Source: Candidatus Uhrbacteria bacterium CG_4_9_14_3_um_filter_41_35 (lineage in GTDB: Bacteria; Patescibacteriota; Patescibacteriia; UBA9934). Taken from it: a stretch of 64,000 nt of DNA. The notes under the pieces are model-generated. The model saw only the letters and a list, made by a program, of their open reading frames with translations, made no database searches and was not told the origin of the DNA. Of this stretch, positions 17,910 to 27,594 are shown in pieces. The stretch lies in the NCBI GenBank assembly GCA_002791275.1, contig PFWT01000009.1, positions 211,357 to 275,356 of the forward strand, read 5' to 3'. Numbering within the stretch: the first letter of the stretch is position 1; each line of letters opens with the position of its first letter. The position numbers and the translations under genes were made by a program.

Positions 17910-18734
17910 ATGCCTGAACTTCCCGAAGTTGAAACCGTTGTCCGACAATTAAACTCTGCAATTGCAAACCTTAAAATTAATGATGTTCAGGTCTATTTTG
18001 GTATTCGCAATCAACCAGAACAGAAGTCGTTCATCAGTACACTTGTCGGGAAAACTATCTTAAAAGTAGAACGCCGAGCGAAGGTAATTATTTTTCGTCT
18101 GTCAGACGATATGACAATGGTGGCGCACTTAAAAATGTCTGGTAAATTTTTTATCCATTTAGCAGAAGTAAAACCAGACAAACACACTCACGTTGTTCTA
18201 AGATTAGATAATGACAAGCAGTTATTTTGGCATGACGTGCGTAAATTTGGTTATTTAAAAATTATGACCAATCTAGAGGTTGATGATTGGTTTTTAAATA
18301 AAAATTTTGGACCTGAACCTCTGCTCGATACATTTACACCTGCCGTTTTTAAACGGCAATTGTTGACCAGAAAAAATGCAAAAATAAAAAACACGCTACT
18401 CGATCAATCGGTTGTAGCGGGTGTTGGAAATATCTACGATATCGAAGCACTCTGGTTAGCAAAGATTCATCCACTACGAGTTATCAACACACTAACCGAT
18501 AGCGAAATTGAACTTCTACACCAGCATATCGTGGCAATCCTTCATAAATCAGTGGCCGCAAATGGCACTTCCTCCGACGACTTCTTAGATACCTCGAAAA
18601 AACGCGGTACTTTCCAAGATGAGCTTAAAGTTTACGGTAAGGAAAACACTCCTTGCCCACGTTGCGCTACGATATTTACAAAGATTAAACTTAACGGTCG
18701 AGGCACAGTTTTTTGCCCAAGTTGTCAAATATAA
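17910..18734 (+). CDS. fpg: Formamidopyrimidine-DNA glycosylase / Nei family
   Basis: MPELPEVE N-terminus with the catalytic Pro2/Glu3, an H2TH region and a C-terminal CPRC...CPSC zinc finger. Start taken at the ATG at 17910. Confidence 0.85.
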   Translation: MPELPEVETVVRQLNSAIANLKINDVQVYFGIRNQPEQKSFISTLVGKTILKVERRAKVIIFRLSDDMTMVAHLKMSGKFFIHLAEVKPDKHTHVVLRLDNDKQLFWHDVRKFGYLKIMTNLEVDDWFLNKNFGPEPLLDTFTPAVFKRQLLTRKNAKIKNTLLDQSVVAGVGNIYDIEALWLAKIHPLRVINTLTDSEIELLHQHIVAILHKSVAANGTSSDDFLDTSKKRGTFQDELKVYGKENTPCPRCATIFTKIKLNGRGTVFCPSCQI

Positions 18735-18849
18735 GACCAGTTTTCTGGTCTTATAGCTATCAGAGTATTTGAGCTAGCCCTGAAGTAATGCTGAATTTAT
18801 ACAATTCACCTTATTTTTTTGTATTTGTTTGTTACCGTCAATTGTTATC

Positions 18850-19615
18850 CGCCAGCCTGAAGCGAACGCTGACTTACGCTGAAGGATCTTTTTTGTTTTG
18901 TGTTTAATCGACATTTACTTAGTAATCCAACACTGAGATTCTTCGGTGTGATCCGTGTTCACCTCAGAATGACGAGGCGATGAGATTCTTCGCCGTGATT
19001 CACGTTAGGCTCAGAATGACGGTTTGGTTTATTTGGTGTAATTGTATTATTTTGACCCGCACCCATACCGTCATCCTGAAGCGAGCGACGACTCACGCTG
19101 AAGGATCTCCTTCGCCCTGTGCTGAACCGACATTTACTTAGTAATCCAACACTGAGATTCTTCGCCGTGATTCACGTTCACCTCAGAATGACGATTTGGT
19201 TAGATTTAATAGGCTTAGTTTTGAACTTCATCCTTCTTCTCATACCGTCATCCTGAAGCAAGCGTTGAGTTACGCTGAAGGATCTCCTTCGTTTAGCCGA
19301 ACCGGCATTTACTTGGTGATTCAGTAATGAGATTCTTCGCCGTGGTTCACGCTAGGCTCAGAATGACGGTTTTGTTTGCTGTATTTTAATGAATTGTCCC
19401 ACACTCATACCGTCATCCTGAAGCGAGCGCTAACTTACGCTGAAGGATCTCCTTCGCCCATTACTAAACCGAGACTTGTTTACACTGTAACTCAACACTA
19501 AGATTCTTCGGTGTGGTCCACGTTCACCTCAGAATGACGGTTTAATTAGATTCTTCGCCGTGATTCACGTTAGGCTCAGAATGACGATTTTATGCGTCTT
19601 CTAGCTACCCCACTG
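18850..19615. repeat. Array of the composite REP/MITE-like repeat family (locus 2, about 4 modules)
   Basis: The module is an inverted unit (ccgtcatcctgaagcgagcg..cacgctgaaggatctccttcgcc), a conserved linker (ctgtgctgaaccgacatttacttagtaatccaacact) and then 1-2 forward units (gagattcttcgccgtgattcacgtt.ggctcagaatgacgg). It is repeated several times. Confidence 0.8.
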
Positions 19616-19642
19616 TTGTAAAAAATAAGACTCCATAACATA

Positions 19643-19676
19643 ATCAAAAAAATAACCCCGGGCTTAACCCGGGGTC
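19643..19676 (-). terminator. Rho-independent terminator downstream of eno
   Basis: Hairpin ccccggg-cttaa-cccgggg, followed on the reverse strand by a TTATTTTTTT tract. Confidence 0.6.
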
Positions 19677-19764
19677 AATTATTAAATCAATAATCTTTTT
19701 TAAGATATCAGATATTCTAAAATATAATCATTACAATTCATCAAACATCTAATACTGTTCCATC

Positions 19765-21045
19765 CTATCTCCTATGAAGTCCTGTTTTTAGGTTTTCCTC
19801 AATTTCCATAAACCGATTATACTTCGCCAAACGCTCCGACCTCGAAGGAGCACCCGTTTTTACATACTCAGCGTTAATCGAAACCGCAAGATCAGCTAGT
19901 GTTGTATCACAAGTTTCACCTGATCTATGAGAAATAACCAACTTTTGTTTATTAGCTCGAGCCAATTTCATTGTTTCCATTGTTTCTGAAATTGTACCTA
20001 TTTGATTCATCTTAATCAAAATTGCGTTGGTTGCTTTCATTTCAATTCCTTTTTTCAATCGTTCAACATTCGTTACATAAAAATCGTCACCAATAACCAT
20101 CATTTTTTTACCTAATCGACGAGTAAATTCTGTCCAGTCTGCCCACGCATCTTGATCTAGCGGATCTTCTATCGAAATAAGTGGATATTTATTACTCCAC
20201 TCCTCTAGTAAATCCGTCATTTCTTCAGCCGACATTTTTCTGCGGTCAGTTTTTAAAACATAGCGATCCCGTTTTATATCATAAAACTCACTTGCCGCCA
20301 CATCAATTCCCAAACCAATATCAACCCCTGGTTTATATTTCGCTCGTTTTATCGCCTTCATCAAATACTCAAGTGCCATTTCTGTTTTACCTACGTTTGG
20401 TGCGTACCCCCCTTCATTTCCTACATCCGTATCAAGACCATCTTCCTTCAAAACCTTCCCAAGTGCGTGAAAAATCTCAGCTCCAGCTTGAACTTTTCGC
20501 GTAAACGTTTTAAATGACTTCGGAATAATAATAAATTCCTGCATATCTAAATTCGTATCCGCGTGGCTTCCACCATTAAAAACATTCATCAGTGGAGTTG
20601 GTAATTTGAATTTTGTTTCCTGAATATCATAAATATTCCGCAAATGCTCATAAAGCGGAATGTTATTTTTCTTTGCCCCCGCGTGCGCCGCCGCCATCGA
20701 TACACCTAAAATTGCGTTAGCTCCGAGCTTATGTTTATTTGACGTCCCGTCTAAAATTCGCATTGCGTCGTCTAGTCCCTGCAAATCCATTACATCCATT
20801 CCCTTTACTGCTTTGCTGATCTTCTTGTTTACATTCTCACAAGCCTGAAGCACCCCCTTACCATCGTAACGATCCTTATCACCATCGCGAAGTTCTAAAG
20901 CTTCGTGAATTCCAGTAGACGCCCCACTCGGTACTGAAGCCGATCCACGTGATCCATTTTTCAAAACTACCGTCACGTTTAGAGTCGGGTTTCCGCGCGA
21001 GTCTAAAATTTCATGAGCATGTACTAAATCAATTTTTTCTTTCAT
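19765..21045 (-). CDS. eno: Enolase
   Basis: 426 aa with N-terminus HAHEILDSRGNPTLNVTV and SGASTGIHEA, plus the enolase signature region. Confidence 0.95.
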   Translation of the reverse strand: MKEKIDLVHAHEILDSRGNPTLNVTVVLKNGSRGSASVPSGASTGIHEALELRDGDKDRYDGKGVLQACENVNKKISKAVKGMDVMDLQGLDDAMRILDGTSNKHKLGANAILGVSMAAAHAGAKKNNIPLYEHLRNIYDIQETKFKLPTPLMNVFNGGSHADTNLDMQEFIIIPKSFKTFTRKVQAGAEIFHALGKVLKEDGLDTDVGNEGGYAPNVGKTEMALEYLMKAIKRAKYKPGVDIGLGIDVAASEFYDIKRDRYVLKTDRRKMSAEEMTDLLEEWSNKYPLISIEDPLDQDAWADWTEFTRRLGKKMMVIGDDFYVTNVERLKKGIEMKATNAILIKMNQIGTISETMETMKLARANKQKLVISHRSGETCDTTLADLAVSINAEYVKTGAPSRSERLAKYNRFMEIEENLKTGLHRR

Positions 21046-21084
21046 ACTTTTCCTCCTTAAGATTTAAGATATATAAATTATACA

Positions 21085-22269
21085 CTATTTTTCAATCAAA
21101 GGTGCAAGCCCTGGCATCTGTTCTCCGCCCAAAAATGCCAACATTGCGCCACCACCTGAGGAAATAAAGGTAAATCTGTCCAAAACTTTTGTAGTTGATA
21201 AAAAACTGATCGTGTCCCCACCCCCAATTACTAAACGTGCATCTGTTAGTTCACTGATAGTTTTTGCGATTTTAAGCGTGCCAAATTCACCTTTTGAATT
21301 TTCCGTCACCCCCATTGAACCGTTCCAAACAACACTTTTGGCCGGCGCTAAAATTTTTTTGTAAAGCTTAATCGTTTTTGGGCCAATATCAATAATTTCC
21401 GAGCTCGGTAACAAATCTTCAATGTCAACTACTAGCACTTTTCCTTGAGTTGTTACAGATACTACATCAATCGGTAAAAACACTTTTTCCTTAAACTTAT
21501 TCGAAATCATTCCAGCAACCTTCTTATCGCCTTCAGAAATCGGTACCCTGTATGGGTTACAGACAACTCCTAAATAATTTTCACAAAAAGCTGAGCCAAC
21601 ACCGCCACCTAACAATACCGCTTCAGCCTGAGGTGCAAGTTTATTAATTAAATTAATTTTTGTTTCGAGTTTTATACCCCCAAGCACTAAAAAGAATGGC
21701 TTAACTAATTTTTTTGAAAGTTGCGTTACCTCTTCATGTAAAAGCGCACCTGCATAAGAAGGTAGAAATTTAGTGATCGCGTTTACCGAAGCATGTTTAC
21801 GGTGACAAGTCGCAAAAGCATTATTAATATAAACATCTCCGAGCTTAGCAAGTTTTTCAGCAAAAATCTTACTGTTTGTTAATTCACCCTTTTGAAACCT
21901 TACATTTTCAAGCATCAGAATTTCCCCCGGTTTCATACTCGAAACTAAAAGTTCCACCTGTTGACCAGTGATTTCTTCGGAAAACTTAACTTCTCTACCA
22001 AGCAACTTTGATAAATAACCAGCGATTGGTTTTAAAGTATAATCTTTGTTTACAATTCCATCCGGTCGACCAAGATGAGAAATGATAATAACTTTCGCTC
22101 CCTTGTCTATCAGCTCCGAAAGTTCTGGAACCGTTTTTTGAATCCTTAAGTTTTCTCCTGTTTTTACCTTGCCATCAACAAGCGGAACATTAAAATCCGC
22201 CCGATAAAGAATTCGGGTTCCCGGCTTCACTTTACTAAGTGGTAATGTTCTTAACTTCATATTAGTCAT
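21085..22269 (-). CDS. pgk: Phosphoglycerate kinase
   Basis: 394 aa with RADFNVPL, IISHLGRP and a C-terminal GGGD/GGGA nucleotide-binding region. Confidence 0.9.
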   Translation of the reverse strand: MTNMKLRTLPLSKVKPGTRILYRADFNVPLVDGKVKTGENLRIQKTVPELSELIDKGAKVIIISHLGRPDGIVNKDYTLKPIAGYLSKLLGREVKFSEEITGQQVELLVSSMKPGEILMLENVRFQKGELTNSKIFAEKLAKLGDVYINNAFATCHRKHASVNAITKFLPSYAGALLHEEVTQLSKKLVKPFFLVLGGIKLETKINLINKLAPQAEAVLLGGGVGSAFCENYLGVVCNPYRVPISEGDKKVAGMISNKFKEKVFLPIDVVSVTTQGKVLVVDIEDLLPSSEIIDIGPKTIKLYKKILAPAKSVVWNGSMGVTENSKGEFGTLKIAKTISELTDARLVIGGGDTISFLSTTKVLDRFTFISSGGGAMLAFLGGEQMPGLAPLIEK

Positions 22270-23515
22270 TTTTCATTAAAGTACGGGTGCCTTTTGACCA
22301 AAATTTAATAGCCTGCAAAGCTGGCATGATCGTTAGGAAGTATCTTAAATCAATCAATCTTCTTAAAACAAAGGCAAAATATCCAGAAAATTTAAAATGT
22401 GATGCCGAACCCACACCGAATTGTCCACCAACAGTTACCGCCACTGGATGTTTTCTTGGCGGAAAATAACTTATAAGTTCCCCACCTTTAGTTAGAGACA
22501 AGATATTTTGTACCGCAACTTTACCAGCATCAACAGCCGCCCAACCAGTTTGTGGCAAAGCCTGAACGTTACCCGCTGGATAAAAGCCAGCGCAATCACC
22601 GATCACAAAAACATCATCAGCTCCTTCGGCTTGCGTAGTTTGCCTCGAAATAATCCGTCCTTTGTTGTCTTTTTTTAATTTTATCGATTTACTAATTTCA
22701 CTAGGCACTATACCACCAGCCCAGATCAAAACATCATACGGAATTTCTTCATTTGTTGTAAAAACAGTTTTATCTTGAACTTTTAAAATAGCTGTCTCTG
22801 TACGGAGATCTACCCCCAGTTTTTTCAATCTATTTGTTGCCACTTGTGAAATATATGGGTCTAAAAAATTCAAAACTCTCGGAGCAGAATCAACTAAACT
22901 AACGCGTATTTTTTCTGAGATCTTAACTCCATTTCGATTGGAAGCTTGAAAAAAATTAACAAGCTCGGCAGCTGTCTCTGTGCCTGTTGGTCCAGCGCCG
23001 ACGATAACAATATTTTTGACCCCACTCTCTCCTGCAATCACCTCTTTTACAAGCTCACCAATTCTCTCCTGAACCTGCATTCCGTCTTCGAGTGTCTTCA
23101 TTGGTAGAGCAAATTTTTCCATCCCCGGAATACCGTAATAAGTTGTCTTGGCTCCAAGCGCAACCACTAAAAAATCATAAGCTAAAGTCATGCCACTTTT
23201 AAGCAGTACATGTTTTGTCTTTACGTCAACGCCCTGAATTTCTGCTTGTCTAAAACGAAGATTTTTAAACCCATGCATTTTTATCAGTTCTTTTATAGAA
23301 ACTGCTGAAACTTTTTTTAGTAACGCGATCTCTTTATTTTTTGGTTTTACCAAAAAACTAGTTGCAACATCATAAAGCCAGGGAGTATACAAATGCTCAC
23401 TGTTTTTATCGATCAGAACAATCTCAAGCTCGTGATTTTTCTTAGCTAATAAAATAGCTGAAACCAGACCACCAAAACCCGCGCCGAGTATCACTATTCT
23501 TTTAGCTTTTTTCAT
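22262..23515 (-). CDS. ndh: Type II NADH dehydrogenase (NDH-2), FAD-dependent pyridine nucleotide-disulfide oxidoreductase
   Basis: Two dinucleotide-binding motifs (RIVILGAGFGGL and NIVIVGAGPTGTE) in a roughly 417-aa protein. Confidence 0.75.
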   Translation of the reverse strand: MKKAKRIVILGAGFGGLVSAILLAKKNHELEIVLIDKNSEHLYTPWLYDVATSFLVKPKNKEIALLKKVSAVSIKELIKMHGFKNLRFRQAEIQGVDVKTKHVLLKSGMTLAYDFLVVALGAKTTYYGIPGMEKFALPMKTLEDGMQVQERIGELVKEVIAGESGVKNIVIVGAGPTGTETAAELVNFFQASNRNGVKISEKIRVSLVDSAPRVLNFLDPYISQVATNRLKKLGVDLRTETAILKVQDKTVFTTNEEIPYDVLIWAGGIVPSEISKSIKLKKDNKGRIISRQTTQAEGADDVFVIGDCAGFYPAGNVQALPQTGWAAVDAGKVAVQNILSLTKGGELISYFPPRKHPVAVTVGGQFGVGSASHFKFSGYFAFVLRRLIDLRYFLTIMPALQAIKFWSKGTRTLMKND

Positions 23516-23517
23516 AA

Positions 23518-24024
23518 TTATCCAAAAAAGATAGTTAACAACTTTTTCTTTTTTCGTAAATTACCTGAAATTAATCCATCAAGTCCGAACACGTGACCAG
23601 CACCACCAGCCATCAATAGAATTAACACAAGCGCGTAAATTATATGTTCATCAATGTATCCATGTGCTGTGTTTTGCTCAAACTGTGCCAGGTAATAGAG
23701 CGTCATCATAAGTGCCCCAAAAAAACCAGCTGGTCTTACCATCAATCCAATAATAAGCGCTAACCCAATTAAAATTAGCCCCCACAAGTTCAGCTGATCA
23801 ACTAGCAAACTACCTGCCAATGACTGAAAAAACGAGGCTAGCGGACCGGTTGCCGAGTTTAAATATCCTGCAGCCGACCAACCCCCAAATTTTGCAATAC
23901 CTGCTGTAAAGAACAAAACGCCAAGTGTTACTCGTGTTAAAACAAGCGCACAGCAAAACCAAACCTCATTCGTAGCGTCAGAAAATGTTTTAAAAGCTGT
24001 TTTTGATCGCATATTATTTTGCAT
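23518..24024 (-). CDS. DoxX-family membrane protein
   Basis: 168 aa with 4 TM helices. The motif LTRVTLGVLFFTAGIAKF is typical of DoxX. Confidence 0.7.
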   Translation of the reverse strand: MQNNMRSKTAFKTFSDATNEVWFCCALVLTRVTLGVLFFTAGIAKFGGWSAAGYLNSATGPLASFFQSLAGSLLVDQLNLWGLILIGLALIIGLMVRPAGFFGALMMTLYYLAQFEQNTAHGYIDEHIIYALVLILLMAGGAGHVFGLDGLISGNLRKKKKLLTIFFG

Positions 24025-25024
24025 TTTTGCTATAGAAAACAGCCATCTCTGCTAATCTATTTGAATAACCCCATTCGTTGTCATACCAAGCCAGAATTTT
24101 TACCAAATCACCACCCACTACTCGGGTCATTTCAAGATCCACGATAGCTGAATACTCATTGCCAATTATATCCGTGGAAACCAACGGCTCTTCTGTAATC
24201 GCCACAACTTTTTTAAATCTTGGTTTTTTTATTGCCGATTTGAAAGCGGTCTTAATTTCGTCTACCGTAACCTTCTTGCTAAGCACCATTGTAATATCAG
24301 AAATAGACCCGGTTGGTACAGGCACTCTAATTGAAATACCGTCGAACTTATTTTTAAGCTGTGGCAGTGTTTTTGTTGTTGCAATAGCCGCTCCGGTACT
24401 CGTTGGAATCATATTTACCGCTGCAGCTCGTCCTCGACGTAGTTCGTTTTGCGGACTATCTACCAAACTTTGAGTTGAAGTATAGCCATGAATAGTTGTA
24501 AGGAGTGCCTTCTTTACCCCAAACGCTTCGTCCATAATGGCCATAACTGGCGACGCACAGTTAGTTGTACACGAAGCATTATTTATTATTTTTGCTCCCT
24601 CTTTCTTCAAGCCTTCTTCGTTTGCTCCAATTACATAAGTTGGAATCGCTTCATCTTTAGCGGGTGCTGAAATCACTACACGCTTTGCCCCAGCCTCTAA
24701 ATGTTTGCTTGCCGCTTCCACAGTTCTGAAAAATCCAGTTGATTCAATTACCACATCAATTTTGTCCTCTGCCCACGGCAAATTTGCCGGATCTCGCTCT
24801 GAGTAAACAGGTATTTTTCTTCCGTCAATAATTAAAAAATTTCCCCTTGATTTTACATCCACATTCCAAATTCCGTAGTTTGAATCGTACTTTAATAGAT
24901 AAGCTAAAGTTTTTGCGTCTGTTAAATCATTAATCGCCACCACGTTAAAATCTGGTTTGTGAAAACCCGCCTTAAAAGCTTGTCTGCCAATACGGCCAAA
25001 ACCGTTAATCGCAATTCGTGTCAT
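24014..25024 (-). CDS. gap: Glyceraldehyde-3-phosphate dehydrogenase
   Basis: RIAINGFGRIGR NAD-binding motif and ASCTTNCASP active site. Start taken at MTRIAING (ATG at 25024) rather than at the ORF-track start. Confidence 0.9.
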   Translation of the reverse strand: MTRIAINGFGRIGRQAFKAGFHKPDFNVVAINDLTDAKTLAYLLKYDSNYGIWNVDVKSRGNFLIIDGRKIPVYSERDPANLPWAEDKIDVVIESTGFFRTVEAASKHLEAGAKRVVISAPAKDEAIPTYVIGANEEGLKKEGAKIINNASCTTNCASPVMAIMDEAFGVKKALLTTIHGYTSTQSLVDSPQNELRRGRAAAVNMIPTSTGAAIATTKTLPQLKNKFDGISIRVPVPTGSISDITMVLSKKVTVDEIKTAFKSAIKKPRFKKVVAITEEPLVSTDIIGNEYSAIVDLEMTRVVGGDLVKILAWYDNEWGYSNRLAEMAVFYSKNAK

Positions 25025-25069
25025 ATTACTTTTTTGAAATAAGTTGAAAACCATAAAGTTATGAATAAA

Positions 25070-25100
25070 TTATAACACAAAAGAGCTCCGAAGAGCTCCT
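25070..25100 (-). terminator. Rho-independent terminator after tsf
   Basis: Hairpin gagctc-ttcg-gagctc with a TTTTGTGTT tract on the reverse strand. Confidence 0.45.
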
Positions 25101-25111
25101 TTGTAATAATC

Positions 25112-25705
25112 TTATCCACCAATCTGGAATCGTGAGAATCTTCCAAGTTGAATATTCTCACCAAGAGACAAAATTTTCTGTTCAATTAACGCTTCGATTG
25201 TAAGATCTTCATCCTTAATGAATTTCTGTTTCATTAGCACAACCTCTTCGTAATATTTGTTGATTTTTCCTTCTGTAATCTTTTCGATCATTTCCTCAGG
25301 CTTTCCTTCGTTTAGAAGTAGGCCCTTAATGATCTCACGCTCTTTCTCCACCACTTCTTCTGGTACATCCTCAACATGAGAATATAGTGGCGACATAGCT
25401 GCGATATGCATAGCGATATCAGCACAGAAAGTTATGAAAGCTTCATTACGTGCCACGAAATCTGTTTCACAAAGTAGCTCTACAGAAACTCCGATCTTTC
25501 CATTTCCGTGAGTGTAAGTGTGCACTCGACCCTCTGAAGTTGTTCGATCAGCTTTCTTAGCTGCCTTTGCAGAACCAGTTGTTCGAAGGTGGTCAATTGC
25601 TTTATCAAAATCCCCTTCGCTAATTGTTAGAGCTTTTTTCGCTTCCATCATTCCTACTCCTGTTACTTGTCGTAATCTTGCAACATCTGCTGCTTTTATT
25701 TCCAT
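25112..25705 (-). CDS. tsf: Elongation factor Ts (short form)
   Basis: N-terminal UBA-like MEIKAADVARLRQVTGVGMMEAKKAL, total length 197 aa. Located downstream of rpsB. Confidence 0.85.
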   Translation of the reverse strand: MEIKAADVARLRQVTGVGMMEAKKALTISEGDFDKAIDHLRTTGSAKAAKKADRTTSEGRVHTYTHGNGKIGVSVELLCETDFVARNEAFITFCADIAMHIAAMSPLYSHVEDVPEEVVEKEREIIKGLLLNEGKPEEMIEKITEGKINKYYEEVVLMKQKFIKDEDLTIEALIEQKILSLGENIQLGRFSRFQIGG

Positions 25706-25840
25706 AGTATTTTTTATAGATACAGGTTTATAAAAGGATAACCATAACCTTCACGTAGAACCCCTGGTGATTTTGAACCAGTAAATTATTTACTGATTTC
25801 AATTTTCACCTAAACCCAAATTCTGTCGTTAAGTTATTAA

Positions 25841-26671
25841 TTACTTTTTGCTCTCTGATGCCTCTTTAACTAACTGATCCTTCATAGCTTCATCTAAATC
25901 CTCCACAGTTTCCTGAGAAGCCTTAGCTACAGCCACCTCTTCTTTTTTATCAGCCTTCTCCTTTACAGCAGTTTCAACAGCTTTCTTGTTAGCCTTTCCT
26001 TCAAGCAAAGCCTGTGACATTAGTTTAGCGATCATTCGAAGTGAAGCAATTGAGTCATCGTTAGCTGGAATTACGTAATCAACCTCAGTTGGGTTTACGT
26101 TTGTATCACAAACTCCAATAACTTTAATTCCACGTTTCTTAGCCTCAACAATAGCAGTTTTGTCATTTCGAACATCTAGAACAAAGATAGCCTCTGGTAG
26201 TTTCTTAAGTTCTGAAATTCCACCGATCTTACCTTCAAGTTCTTCAATCTTTCGGTCAAATTGCAACTGTTCAAGTTTAGTGTACTTCTTTAGCTCACCC
26301 TTTGTTCGCTGATCAATAAGACCAAGGTAGTTTTTGATAAGCTTTTGAATTTCTGGGAAGTTTGTAAAAGTTCCTCCAAGCCATCTTGTATTTACGTATG
26401 GAGCTCCAGCTTCTTCTGCAGACTTCTGAATTAAATCCTGAATCTGTGGTTTTGTTCCAATAAGAACAACGTTACCACCTCGAGACACAATTCCGCTTGC
26501 GTAAGCCAAAGCTTCCTCAAGCATCTTCTGGGTCTGTTCTACGTCAATAATGTGAACACCACCTCTTGAACCAAAAATAAATGGTTTCATCTTAGGGTGC
26601 CAACGGCTAGTTCGGTGTCCAAAGTGAACACCAGCTTTAAGCATTTCCTCAAGTGTAGGCATCTTAGGCAT
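25841..26671 (-). CDS. rpsB: 30S ribosomal protein S2
   Basis: MLKAGVHFGHRTSRWHPKM N-terminal signature. Forms the canonical rpsB-tsf gene pair. Confidence 0.9.
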   Translation of the reverse strand: MPKMPTLEEMLKAGVHFGHRTSRWHPKMKPFIFGSRGGVHIIDVEQTQKMLEEALAYASGIVSRGGNVVLIGTKPQIQDLIQKSAEEAGAPYVNTRWLGGTFTNFPEIQKLIKNYLGLIDQRTKGELKKYTKLEQLQFDRKIEELEGKIGGISELKKLPEAIFVLDVRNDKTAIVEAKKRGIKVIGVCDTNVNPTEVDYVIPANDDSIASLRMIAKLMSQALLEGKANKKAVETAVKEKADKKEEVAVAKASQETVEDLDEAMKDQLVKEASESKK

Positions 26672-26869
26672 ATTTTTTCCTTTTTTACGACGGTTTGACG
26701 AATTTGGGCCCTTTGTAAAAGGGAGGATCTCAAATCGATCGCCTCAAACCTGATTATTAAATTTTGAAGGTAAAAGTCTGAATTTTGCTAAAAATAGCCA
26801 CAAACAGTCCTTCCTGCGATGGCGATAATGTACATTATTTGCGTAGATTAGTCAAATAGTTGGTGAGTA

Positions 26870-27170
26870 AACACTGAGATTCTTCGCCGTGATTCACGTC
26901 AGGCTCAGAATGACGGTTTGATGAGATTTTTCGACGTGGTTCACGCTAGGTTCAGAATGACGAGGCGATGAGATTCTTCACCATAGTTCACGTCAGGCTC
27001 AGAATGACGAGGTGATGAGATTCTTCGCCGTAATTCACGTCAGGCTCAGAATGACGGTTTGGTGTGATTGTGTGGTTTATACATTCATCACCATCTCAAA
27101 TAAACCGTCCACCACTCATTTCGTCATCCTGAAGCGAGCGTCAAATTATGCTGAAGGATCTCCTTCGTTT
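26870..27170. repeat. Array of the REP/MITE-like repeat family (locus 3): four tandem forward units with a 47-bp period, plus one inverted unit
   Basis: Four roughly 47-bp units (gagattcttcgccgtgattcacgtcaggctcagaatgacgg + ~8-nt linker), then an inverted copy at ~27121-27166. Located upstream of rpsB. Confidence 0.8.
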
Positions 27171-27550
27171 TTGTGCTGAACCAACATTTATTAAATGAAT
27201 AATAAAAAGCAAAAGCGGTAGGTGGAAAATTCCAAACCTACCGCTCGATGTAGTCCGCCCTATGCCTACCGGCAATTCCCCGGCGAACCGTGGAAGCCGG
27301 CGAGCAAGTTTTCGCCGGAGTCGAAGCCGTGGAAGCCGGCAATTAACTCGCCGGCTTCCGTTGTCTCCTCACCGCCAAAAGTGGCGGTGAGGAGGAAAAA
27401 AAACAATGAAAATTGAAAACTCATTGTTACTCCCTTTCTTTTTGCCGACAAAAAAATCCTTCGCTTACCTCAGGATTTCACTTTTGCCGACTTACCATAT
27501 TACCACGTTTTTAACGTTTTGTCAAGCTCCGCTTAACAAAACGTACTTAA

Positions 27551-27590
27551 AATAAAGGACCCCTACACTACGAATAGTGCAGGGGTCACA
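27551..27590 (-). terminator. Rho-independent terminator downstream of the GC-rich lipoprotein gene
   Basis: Hairpin gacccctacact...agtgcaggggtc with a CTTTATTTT tract on the reverse strand. Confidence 0.5.
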
Positions 27591-27594
27591 GCGC

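Noticed and set aside
26870-27170. Possible CRISPR array (regularly spaced direct repeats).
   Set aside because: The period is about 47 bp, with a repeat of about 39 bp and linkers of only about 8 bp. The same unit also occurs inverted and at three other loci with a conserved linker. There are no cas genes. This fits REP/MITE-type repeats, not CRISPR.
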